DNA of 64,000 bases, from positions 18,793 to 82,792 of the forward strand of contig JBMNNW010000006.1 of assembly GCA_050942735.1 (NCBI GenBank), given 5' to 3'. Each line of letters begins with the position of its first letter. The first letter of the stretch is position 1. The position numbers were made by a program, and so were the translations under genes. This document shows, one piece after another, positions 38,824 through 46,910 of this stretch. The notes under the pieces were generated by a model. The model made no database searches and had not been told where the DNA came from. It saw only the letters and a program-made list of their open reading frames with translations. The stretch comes from Armatimonadota bacterium (GTDB taxonomy: Bacteria; Armatimonadota; Zipacnadia; Zipacnadales; UBA5352).

Positions 38824-39930
38824 GTGGCGGGCGAGACGCGCGGGCCGGCGGCCGCGATCGCGCGAGCCGGGCTTGCGGCTCTCAGCGCACCTTACTCGCT
38901 GGTGATGCGCGCGAACCTTGCCGTCTACGAACGCGGCCTCAGGGACAGGACGCAGCCCGCCCTGCCCGTCGTGAGTGTCGGCAACATCACGCTCGGTGGC
39001 ACCGGGAAGACAACGACCACCCGGAGGCTCGTCAGGGACCTTCTTGCGCGCGGTGTGCGTCCCGGGATCATCCTGCGCGGACACAAGCGCGACGCCGAGC
39101 ACCCGTGGCAGCTCGTCTCAGACGGCACGGATCTGCTGGTTGAGCAGGAGGCCGCGGGAGATGAGGCGGCGATGCTTGCGGCGACCGCGCCCGGCGCGCC
39201 GATCGCGGTCGGGAAGCGTCGCGAGCGAGTCACTGAACTGCTGGCGGAGGCCGGAGCGCAGGTCGCGGTGCTTGATGACGGCTTTCAGTACTTCCGCATG
39301 GAGCGGGTCGTGGACCTTGTGCTGGTCGATGCGACCTTCGATCTCAGCGAGGCCAGGGTCTTCCCCGCGGGGCACCTGCGAGAGCCGCTCGATCATCTGC
39401 GCCGGGCCACGCACGTGCTCGTGACGCACGCAGACCTCGCGGAGACGGGCAGAATCGAGCGCATCCATGATGCCATCGCGCGACATGCGCCCGCGGCACC
39501 GGTGATGCTCGCGCGGCACGCGCCCGACGGCTTCTACCGGCTCGGCGCGCCGGAAGAGGTCCGGTCGCCGGAGGACCTGCGCGGCATGAATGTCCTGGCG
39601 ATGTGCGCGGTCGGCAACCCGGAGTCGTTCGAGGACCTGCTGCTCGACCTCGGCGCAGCGGTGGTCGGGACGCAGTTCTTCCCGGACCATCACGCCTACC
39701 GCCGGGAGGACTGGGACCAGGTGCGCGGAGCGATCGCGGGGCTTGAGGTTGACGCGATCGTCGTGACGGAGAAGGATGCGGTGAAGCTTCCACCCGCCCC
39801 CGAGGGCCTCCCGCCGGTGGCCGCGGTATCGGTGGATCTGTCGATCATGAAGGGCGAGGAGAGCTGGAATGAGCTCGTCGGACGCATCGAGCAGGCTGCA
39901 CGACAAAGGCCCGCTCAGGCGCAAGACTGA
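38824..39930 (+). CDS. lpxK: Tetraacyldisaccharide 4'-kinase
   Basis: P-loop VVSVGNITLGGTGKTT. It has a GTG start. The conserved N-terminal Trp-rich segment (ERWWQE) lies in frame upstream of the GTG after the waaA stop, so the true start is uncertain. Confidence 0.75.
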   Translation: MAGETRGPAAAIARAGLAALSAPYSLVMRANLAVYERGLRDRTQPALPVVSVGNITLGGTGKTTTTRRLVRDLLARGVRPGIILRGHKRDAEHPWQLVSDGTDLLVEQEAAGDEAAMLAATAPGAPIAVGKRRERVTELLAEAGAQVAVLDDGFQYFRMERVVDLVLVDATFDLSEARVFPAGHLREPLDHLRRATHVLVTHADLAETGRIERIHDAIARHAPAAPVMLARHAPDGFYRLGAPEEVRSPEDLRGMNVLAMCAVGNPESFEDLLLDLGAAVVGTQFFPDHHAYRREDWDQVRGAIAGLEVDAIVVTEKDAVKLPPAPEGLPPVAAVSVDLSIMKGEESWNELVGRIEQAARQRPAQAQD

Positions 39931-40828
39931 GCAACTCGTCATCCGCTGGGTGACGGGGTTCTTCGCCCTGCTCGCACGGCTGCTGCCCCTGCGCTGGCTG
40001 CAGGCGATCGGGAATGCGGCCGGGTCCGTGCTCTTCCGCCTGCTCCGCCCGCGACGCGAGATAGCGATGGGCAATCTCGAGCGCATCTTCGGCGACCGCT
40101 ACGACGACCGCGAGCGCCTGCGCATCATCAACTTCTCCGTGCGCAGCATGGCGAAGACGATGCTGGAGCTGCTCAAAGTCCCGTGGATGTCGGAGGAGCA
40201 GCTCAGGTGGTTCGCCCCCGTCCGGGGAGAGGAGCATCTGCGTCAGGCCGCCGAGGCCGGGAACGGAGTCATCGTCATCACCGGGCACTTCGGCAACTGG
40301 GAGGTTCTGGCGGCGACCATCGCCCGGCTCGGCTACGACCTGTCGGTGATCGCCCGAGACGCCAACGACCCCGGCACCGCGAACATCATCAACCGATCAC
40401 GCGAGATGGCCGGCGAGCACGTGCTCCCGCGCGAAGGCGTGCGCGAAATGCTGCGGGTGCTCCGCGAGGGTGACGTTCTCGGCATACTCCCCGACCAGCA
40501 CGCCAACCGCGGCGGCATCTGGCTGCCGTTCATGGGGAGGCTCGCCTGCACCGCGACCGGGCCCGCAACGCTGGCGAACCGCACGGGCGCAACGGTCGTT
40601 CCGGGGTTCGCGCGCCGGACTGAGGACGACCAACTCGATGTGTATTTCCTCCCCCCCCTTGACCTGCCCGACACCGGGGACCGCGAAGCGGACATCCGTC
40701 GCGGAACCGAGATGGTCAACGAAGTCCTCGGTGAGCAGATCGCCAGGTACCCCGAGCAGTGGGTCTGGATGCACCGTCGCTGGCGGGAGCCGCCCGAGGA
40801 GGTCGTGGCAGCCGGACAGGCGGAGTGA
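39869..40828 (+). CDS. Lipid A biosynthesis (Kdo2-lipid IVA) acyltransferase, LpxL/HtrB family
   Basis: N-terminal anchor and ITGHFGNWE (the HX4D-type acyltransferase motif). It overlaps the lpxK end by 62 nt. Confidence 0.7.
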   Translation: MSSSDASSRLHDKGPLRRKTEQLVIRWVTGFFALLARLLPLRWLQAIGNAAGSVLFRLLRPRREIAMGNLERIFGDRYDDRERLRIINFSVRSMAKTMLELLKVPWMSEEQLRWFAPVRGEEHLRQAAEAGNGVIVITGHFGNWEVLAATIARLGYDLSVIARDANDPGTANIINRSREMAGEHVLPREGVREMLRVLREGDVLGILPDQHANRGGIWLPFMGRLACTATGPATLANRTGATVVPGFARRTEDDQLDVYFLPPLDLPDTGDREADIRRGTEMVNEVLGEQIARYPEQWVWMHRRWREPPEEVVAAGQAE

Positions 40829-40846
40829 CACGAGGGCGCGCCGACA

Positions 40847-40861
40847 GCCGCCGAAGGCGGC
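40847..40861 (+). terminator. Short GC hairpin gccgcc-gaa-ggcggc after lpxL
   Basis: Read from the sequence, 18 nt after the lpxL stop. It has no U-tract and is weak. Confidence 0.25.
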
Positions 40862-40886
40862 AGTGCCCGTCGGGGCGAGGGGTTCA

Positions 40887-40916
40887 GTTGCATATGCAAC
40901 GTTACTGGGATATACT
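40887..40916 (+). promoter_or_regulatory. Candidate promoter TTGCAT-17-TATACT with overlapping perfect 14-bp palindrome GTTGCATATGCAAC (operator?) upstream of MATE gene
   Basis: Read from the sequence. The palindrome spans 40887-40900. The -10 element ends about 95 nt before the ATG at 41012. Confidence 0.4.
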
Positions 40917-41011
40917 TGATCGCGACTGCGATCTGCCGCCGGTGAACGCTCCGGCGGCGTTTTCCCTGTCGGTCTGAGTACATTCCATCAACCACTGCAT
41001 CGCGCGAAGCG

Positions 41012-42511
41012 ATGTCTGGAGCGTTCCTGATGACGAGCGACGGCCCGGGACCCCCGGAGCCCGACGACATCCTCGAAGACGACGGGCCGGCCGACGTGCC
41101 CGCGGCGACGCCAACCGATGCCGTGGTCGAGGAGCCGCCGGTGCCCGCGGCGCTGAAGCGTCGCGTGGATCTCACTGAGGGCCACCTGCTGCACAAGATC
41201 GTCCTGCTTGCGTGGCCGATCGTGACCGCGTCATTCCTGCAGTGGATCGAGGGCGTCGTGGACATCAAGATGGTCGGGCAGCTTGGCCCCGAGGCGATTG
41301 CCGCCGTGGGCCAGTCGCGCTCCGCGATCTTCACGTTCATGACCGTCATCTTCGCGGTCGCCACCGGCACCCAGGTGCTCGCGGCGCGCTACATGGGCGA
41401 GCGCAACCACGAGGGCGCATCGGAGGTCGCACGCCAGGCGATCATCCTGTCGGTGCTCTTCGGCGCGGCGATCATCCCGCTGGGCTACGTCTTCTCCCCC
41501 ACGGTCCTCACGATGATGGGCACCGAGGGCGTCGTCCACCAGGCCGCCACAGACTACATGCGCGTCTACTTCCTGGGCGCCATCGCGCTGATGATGAACT
41601 TCATGGTCATCTCGGCGCTGCGGGGCGCGGGTGACACGCTCACGCCGCTGTGGGTGCTGCTGATCATCAACTCGGGCAACATCCTCTTCGACTGGCTGCT
41701 GATCTTCGGAGTCGGTCCGTTCCCCGAGCTGGGTGTCAAAGGCGCGGCCTGGGCGGTCGTCATGTCGAGGACCATCGGCGCGATCATCCAACTGTGGATC
41801 GTCAGCAGCGGGAGATTCGCGATCCAGATGCCACTGATCGCGAGGTGGCGGGCAGACCTCGCGCTGTGGGGGAAGATGTTCTACATCGGCGTGCCAAGCT
41901 CGATCGAGGGCTTCACCCGCAACCTGGCGTTCCTGGTGGTCTTCTGGATCCTCAACCAGACCGACGCGGGGCGACTCGCCGTGGCCGGATACACCGTCTC
42001 GATGCAGATGCGCATGTTCGGCGTGATGTTCGGGCTGGCCCTCATGAGCGCGGCGATGACGGCGGTAAGTCAGAACATGGGGGCGGACGACCCGAAGCGC
42101 GCCGAGCGTAGCGGGTGGGCGGTGACGTGGATCTCGGTGGCGGCCACCGGCCTGATGGCGCTGGTGTTCATCAGCCTCTCGCCATGGCTGATCCGCTTCT
42201 TCACCGATGACCCGGAGGCGGTCAAGTGGGGTATCATCGCGCTGGTGACGCTCTCGGTCGCGCTGCCCTTCACCGGCGCTTCGATGGGCTTCGCCGGCGC
42301 CCTGCGAGGGGCTGGAGACACGCTCTCACCGCTCTACGTGAGCCTGATCTTCGTCTCGATCGTGGGCCCGGGCCTCGCCTACATCCTTACAGTTGTCCTC
42401 GGCTTCGGCCCGATCGGCGCGTGGGTAGGACTGAGCACCGCGTGGATCATGCAGGCGCTGACAGTCGGGACGATCTTCAGGCGCGGGAAGTGGAAGCAGA
42501 TCGAGCTGTGA
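41012..42511 (+). CDS. MATE-family efflux transporter (paralog 1)
   Basis: 12-TM protein with MATE-family blocks, and an acidic low-complexity N-terminal extension. Confidence 0.8.
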   Translation: MSGAFLMTSDGPGPPEPDDILEDDGPADVPAATPTDAVVEEPPVPAALKRRVDLTEGHLLHKIVLLAWPIVTASFLQWIEGVVDIKMVGQLGPEAIAAVGQSRSAIFTFMTVIFAVATGTQVLAARYMGERNHEGASEVARQAIILSVLFGAAIIPLGYVFSPTVLTMMGTEGVVHQAATDYMRVYFLGAIALMMNFMVISALRGAGDTLTPLWVLLIINSGNILFDWLLIFGVGPFPELGVKGAAWAVVMSRTIGAIIQLWIVSSGRFAIQMPLIARWRADLALWGKMFYIGVPSSIEGFTRNLAFLVVFWILNQTDAGRLAVAGYTVSMQMRMFGVMFGLALMSAAMTAVSQNMGADDPKRAERSGWAVTWISVAATGLMALVFISLSPWLIRFFTDDPEAVKWGIIALVTLSVALPFTGASMGFAGALRGAGDTLSPLYVSLIFVSIVGPGLAYILTVVLGFGPIGAWVGLSTAWIMQALTVGTIFRRGKWKQIEL

Positions 42512-42598
42512 GCGGAGGTCCGTGGCTGAAGCCTCGCGTTCGCGACCGACCAGAGTGCTCTTCTTCGGCGATTCCCCGGCCTGCGCGGCCGGTTCCAG

Positions 42599-44074
42599 GT
42601 GAGATGGATGCACGATCCGGACCCGACCCCGGGCGATGGGTTGGATGAACTCGAAGACATTCCCGATGAGGAACTCGTCATCCCCGCGGAGGGTGAGCCT
42701 GAGCCATCACCGGCGATCACGCGGCGGGTGGATCTCACGCAGGGACACCTTCTGCGGCAGATCTCCCTGCTCGCGTGGCCGATCGTCGCCGGATCGTTTC
42801 TCCAGTGGCTCATGGGCGTGGTGGACATCAAGATGGTCGGGACGCTGGGCCCGGCGGCGATTGCTGCCGTAGGGACGTCTCGCGAGGCCATCTTCACGTT
42901 CCTGACTCTCGTCTTCGCGGTGGCGACCGGCGCGCAGGTAATGACCGCGCGCTACATGGGCCAGCACGACCCGGACAGGGCCGCCTGCGTCTGTCGGCAG
43001 GCGATCATACTCAGCGTCATCTTCGGCGTGGTCATCGCGCCCGCGGGCTACTTCTTCGCAGGCAGCCTGCTCTCCGCGCTGGGGGCTCGGGGCGAGACAC
43101 TCGCCGAGGGCACGGCCTACATGCAGACCTTCTTCCTCGGCACAATCCCGCTGCTGCTGGGCTTTATGCTCACCTCATCCTTGCAGGGCGCCGGTGACAC
43201 GCTCACTCCGCTCTACGTGCTGGTGGGCGTTGTCGGCTCCAACATCCTGCTCAACTGGATGCTGATCTTCGGTGTCGGGCCCTTCCCGGCGATGGGCGTG
43301 GTGGGCGCCGCGTGGGGCACGGTGATCGCGCGCGCGATATCTGGCCTCGTGCTGCTGTGGATCGTCGCGAGCGGCCGCTTCGCGCTGCACGTGCCGCTGA
43401 TCGATCGCTGGCGGATCGACCTCGCGCTGTGGGGGAAGATGTTCTACATCGGCGTACCCTCGTCCATCGAGAGCTTCGCCCGAAACATGGGCTTCCTCGC
43501 GCTCTTCTGGATCCTCAATCAGACCGACGCGGGCCGGATGGCGGTGGCGGGGTACACGATCTCGGTGCAGATCCGCATGTTCGGGGTCATGTTCGGGCTG
43601 GCGTTGATGAGCGCGGCGATGACCGCCGTCAGTCAGAACATGGGAGCGCAGGACGTCGAGCGCGCCGAGCGCAGCGGCTGGACGATCACCGGCATCTCAT
43701 CCGCCACGATGACCGCGATGGCGCTGGGCTCGATCCTGCTCGCCGGTCCGCTGATCAGGTTCTTCACCGACAGCCCGGACACGATCCACTGGGGCGTCAT
43801 ATCACTGATCGTGCTCTCACTGTCACTGCCGTTCACCGGGCTGTCGATGGGCTGCTCGGGGTCACTCCGCGGCGCGGGCGACACCCTCTCGCCGCTCTAT
43901 GCGACGCTCATCTTCACCGCCGTGCTCGGCCCTGGACTGGCCTACCTGCTGACGGTCCCGCTCAACGCCGGCCCCCTCGGCGCGTGGATCGGGCTCGCGG
44001 TGGGAACGGTGCTGCAGTCACTGATGGTCGCGTGGATCTTCAGGCGCGGGCACTGGAAGCATATCAAGCTGTGA
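42599..44074 (+). CDS. MATE-family efflux transporter (paralog 2)
   Basis: Tandem paralog of 41012..42511. A stretch of about 80 aa is nearly identical (ALWGKMFYIGVPSSIE...AMTAVSQNMGA). Confidence 0.8.
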   Translation: MRWMHDPDPTPGDGLDELEDIPDEELVIPAEGEPEPSPAITRRVDLTQGHLLRQISLLAWPIVAGSFLQWLMGVVDIKMVGTLGPAAIAAVGTSREAIFTFLTLVFAVATGAQVMTARYMGQHDPDRAACVCRQAIILSVIFGVVIAPAGYFFAGSLLSALGARGETLAEGTAYMQTFFLGTIPLLLGFMLTSSLQGAGDTLTPLYVLVGVVGSNILLNWMLIFGVGPFPAMGVVGAAWGTVIARAISGLVLLWIVASGRFALHVPLIDRWRIDLALWGKMFYIGVPSSIESFARNMGFLALFWILNQTDAGRMAVAGYTISVQIRMFGVMFGLALMSAAMTAVSQNMGAQDVERAERSGWTITGISSATMTAMALGSILLAGPLIRFFTDSPDTIHWGVISLIVLSLSLPFTGLSMGCSGSLRGAGDTLSPLYATLIFTAVLGPGLAYLLTVPLNAGPLGAWIGLAVGTVLQSLMVAWIFRRGHWKHIKL

Positions 44075-44136
44075 GCGGGAGGGCCGCAGGCGCTCGACGG
44101 CGAACGCCTGCGCATGAAAGGACGGTGTCAGAACCG

Positions 44137-45384
44137 ATGCCCCGGCAGCTCACCCACGCCGAACGACGTGTCCTGCGCGAGCTCGCCAGACGCGTCGCGG
44201 AGATCGCGGCCGACCCCGTCCAGGATGAGCGGCGGGCGATCTGGTACGCGCAGAACGCGCTGACGCCGATCCGCCCGCCGGTCTTCGTCTCACCCGACGG
44301 GGCGTGGGCGGAGCTGATCCCCGAGCGCCTGCTGGCCTGCCGGTCCGACCACGCCCGGGCGATCGAACTGGCACTTCGCAAGCGCATCTACGCCCACGAG
44401 CACTTCGGGGACGATCAGGTGGTGGACGCGCAGTGGCGTGTGCCCTTCGCGGTGACGCGAACCGCATGGGGAATCGGCCCTGTGATGCGCGAGACCGAGG
44501 AGGACCGCGGAGCACACGCGTGGGATGCACCTGTCAGATCGCGGGGCGACATCGAGCGGATCCAGACGCCGACGGCGAGCCACGACGTCGAAGAGAGCCG
44601 GCGGCGGCTCGCGTGGCACGAGGAGCTATTTGACGGCATCCTCGACGTGCACCTGCACGGGCTCTGGTGGTGGTCGTTGGGGCTGATCGATGAGTGGACC
44701 CACCTTCGCGGCATTGAACAGACCTACCTCGACATGAGCGACGACCCCGAACTTGTGCACGCGGGGATGCACCGGCTGATGGAGGGGAGGCTGGCGTGGG
44801 TCCAGCAACTCGAGAACCTCGGCGTGCTCTCGCTGAACAACGACAACGACTACGTCGGCTCCGGCTGCTTCGGATACACCGATGAGCTGCCGCAAGATGA
44901 CTTCGACGACCACGTGCGCCCCGCCGACATGTGGGGCTTCTGCGAGGCGCAGCCGATGTCGGCGGTCTCCCCGGCGATGCAGGACGAGTTCGTCCTCCCC
45001 TATCAGATCCCAATCCTCGATAGGTTCGGCCTCAACTGCTACGGCTGCTGCGAGCCGCTGGACAGGATGCTGGGATCGCTGCTCGCGCGCGTCCCTCGAC
45101 TGCGGCGGGTCTCCATCAGCCCGTGGGCGGACGTGAGGCGCAGCGCTGAGCAACTCGGCGGAGACGTGATCTTCTCGTGGAAGCCCAACCCGGCGCCGCT
45201 GGCCGCCCCGAACTTCGATGAGAACGCACTGAAGAGCGAGATCAGGCAGACCCTCAACATCGCCTCAGAGCACGGCTGTGCGGTGGAGATCGTGATGCGG
45301 ACGACCCACACCTGCAACAACCATCCCGAGCGCTTCGACCGCTACGCCCGGATGGCGATGGAGGAGGTCACCAGATCCGCCTGA
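44137..45384 (+). CDS. Hypothetical protein (415 aa), possibly URO-D/TIM-barrel-like
   Basis: It starts MPRQLTHAER after an intergenic gap. The longer ORF-track start overlaps MATE2 in another frame. Confidence 0.45.
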   Translation: MPRQLTHAERRVLRELARRVAEIAADPVQDERRAIWYAQNALTPIRPPVFVSPDGAWAELIPERLLACRSDHARAIELALRKRIYAHEHFGDDQVVDAQWRVPFAVTRTAWGIGPVMRETEEDRGAHAWDAPVRSRGDIERIQTPTASHDVEESRRRLAWHEELFDGILDVHLHGLWWWSLGLIDEWTHLRGIEQTYLDMSDDPELVHAGMHRLMEGRLAWVQQLENLGVLSLNNDNDYVGSGCFGYTDELPQDDFDDHVRPADMWGFCEAQPMSAVSPAMQDEFVLPYQIPILDRFGLNCYGCCEPLDRMLGSLLARVPRLRRVSISPWADVRRSAEQLGGDVIFSWKPNPAPLAAPNFDENALKSEIRQTLNIASEHGCAVEIVMRTTHTCNNHPERFDRYARMAMEEVTRSA

Positions 45385-45395
45385 ACTGAAAGTTC

Positions 45396-45424
45396 TTGCA
45401 CTTCATTTGGCAATCGCCTATACT
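45396..45424 (+). promoter_or_regulatory. Candidate cspA promoter TTGCAC-17-TATACT with about 95-nt 5'UTR
   Basis: Hexamers read from the sequence. Long structured 5'UTRs are typical for cold-shock genes. Confidence 0.4.
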
Positions 45425-45523
45425 CCTCATGAGTTTTACCGAGCTGTGCCGTTGTTCGAAGCGCCGTAAGAGTTTGTGCCAGCGCAAGAACAGGGCACAA
45501 AGCAGACCGGGAGGGCACACGTA

Positions 45524-45760
45524 ATGGCGACCGGGACAGTGAAGTGGTTCGATGACGCAAAGGGCTTCGGGTTCATTGAGCGGGAGGACGGCGAGGACGT
45601 ATTCGTCCACTACTCTGCCATCGCGGGCGAGGGCTACAAGTCGCTCGCCGAGGGAGCTGAGGTCGAGTTCGATGTCGAGCAGGACGCAAAGGGTCCCCGC
45701 GCCGCCAACGTGGTCGTCACGAGGGCCGGTCAGTCCGACAGCTCGACTTCGATGTGGTGA
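45524..45760 (+). CDS. cspA: Cold-shock protein, CspA family (with short C-terminal extension)
   Basis: [33 protein letters not shown] has the RNP1 and RNP2 motifs. A GGGAGGG RBS precedes it. Confidence 0.85.
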   Translation: MATGTVKWFDDAKGFGFIEREDGEDVFVHYSAIAGEGYKSLAEGAEVEFDVEQDAKGPRAANVVVTRAGQSDSSTSMW

Positions 45761-45784
45761 GCACCACACCTGAGCCCAAAGATC

Positions 45785-45815
45785 GCGCCCGGCAGACGCC
45801 GGGCGCTCTCCTTTT
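45785..45815 (+). terminator. Intrinsic terminator: gcgcccggc-aga-gccgggcgc followed by TCTCCTTTT
   Basis: 9-bp GC stem plus a U-tract, 25 nt after the cspA stop. It is the only canonical U-tract terminator noticed in the window. Confidence 0.6.
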
Positions 45816-45889
45816 AACGCCTCGGCAACACCGGCGGCATTCCGGACGCGGGGCTACGCTGAGCACCTCTTCGGCACGACTGCGCCCGC

Positions 45890-45918
45890 TTGACACTCCA
45901 TGGAGACGCCGGTACAAT
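45890..45918 (+). promoter_or_regulatory. Near-consensus sigma70 promoter TTGACA-17-TACAAT
   Basis: Read from the sequence. It sits upstream of three small ORFs (45963-46766). Confidence 0.45.
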
Positions 45919-45962
45919 CGAGTGTGTCTACTGTCGTGCATGAGGCCCGAGGAGGACCCTGT

Positions 45963-46082
45963 GTGACGTGCCCCAGGTGCCGCGTGAGCATGAAGGAGCA
46001 GAGAGGCATCTTCCATAATAAGCGCAAGTTCAGATGCCCCAAATGCCGCACAGTCAGGATGAAGAAACACCGGAAGCGGTAG
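45963..46082 (+). CDS. Small (39-aa) highly basic zinc-ribbon protein (CPRC...CPKC)
   Basis: The GTG start lies 7 nt after a GAGGAGG RBS and downstream of the predicted TSS. The ORF-track ATG at 45900 lies inside the promoter. Confidence 0.35.
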   Translation: MTCPRCRVSMKEQRGIFHNKRKFRCPKCRTVRMKKHRKR

Positions 46083-46100
46083 GCCGCTTCGATCGGATGG

Positions 46101-46508
46101 TTGAGTCACGTGATGGTTCAGACGACCGAACGGACAGGCGTATTCAAGCAGTGCAGTCTCTGCGGACACCGGTGGGCGGACCTTGCGGATGTGGTCGTTG
46201 ACCGTGATCTGAAAGTCACGGGGTACCAGGCGTGCTTCGTCAGTCCGGAGATGGGGCTGGTGCTGATGACGCACTGCGTCGAAGACTGCGGGACGACGCT
46301 CGCGCTTCGAGTGAAGGCCCTCAGGGAACTCTACGACGGCCCGCAGTACACCGAACTGCGCGCCGGGCAGGAGAGTTGCCGGGAATACTGCCTGCAGCAC
46401 AACATACTTGAGGAGTGCGACGTAGACTGTGAGCTTGCGTGGATGCGCAGCGTACTTCAATACCTGCGCCGACACGAGCTTCCGCCACACCTGCGTCGGC
46501 GAGGATAG
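46101..46508 (+). CDS. Cys-rich hypothetical protein (135 aa; CxxC + 3x CxxxC)
   Basis: Uninterrupted ORF immediately upstream of the TM ORF at 46512 (3-nt gap). GC is visibly lower. No family was recognised. Confidence 0.35.
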   Translation: MSHVMVQTTERTGVFKQCSLCGHRWADLADVVVDRDLKVTGYQACFVSPEMGLVLMTHCVEDCGTTLALRVKALRELYDGPQYTELRAGQESCREYCLQHNILEECDVDCELAWMRSVLQYLRRHELPPHLRRRG

Positions 46509-46511
46509 CGT

Positions 46512-46766
46512 ATGAGCGCGGACGACCTGAGACTCGAGGAGCCAAAGGCGACGGAGCGCGGCTGGCTGCGGACGGTTCTGCTGATGGCCCTTCCGCTCGC
46601 CACCGTGTGGGCCGCCGCGTTCTGGGTCACCGGCCTGCTGTGGTGGGAGGCGGATGTCGTGGTGGAGCAGATCCCCCCGCCCCAGCCGCCACAGATCGAG
46701 GCGATTGACGCAGAGACCATCGATCTCGACCGCTACAGCCGGGCATATCCGACGTGGTCGCCGTAG
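46512..46766 (+). CDS. Small single-TM hypothetical protein (84 aa)
   Basis: Its ATG lies 1 nt after the previous stop. It has a Trp-rich TM helix and a Pro/Gln linker. Confidence 0.3.
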   Translation: MSADDLRLEEPKATERGWLRTVLLMALPLATVWAAAFWVTGLLWWEADVVVEQIPPPQPPQIEAIDAETIDLDRYSRAYPTWSP

Positions 46767-46910
46767 CCGGGCGGCTGCGGCCGCTGCGCCGGGCCGGGCG
46801 CTGACCATCTCTGCCCCGGCACAGCGTCAGTGAATCTCAGCCGCTCACCAGGCAGTCCGGGCCGCCGCGGATGAGCCGACAATCGCAGCATGATCGCGGC
46901 AAGGGATACC

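Noticed and set aside
37420-39102. 560-aa minus-strand ORF
   Set aside because: It is antisense to waaA/lpxK, which sit in an intact lpx operon.
45900-45962. ATG at 45900 as start of the small zinc-ribbon ORF (METPVQ...)
   Set aside because: That ATG lies inside the predicted TTGACA-17-TACAAT promoter, upstream of the likely TSS. The RBS-proximal GTG at 45963 is the preferred start.
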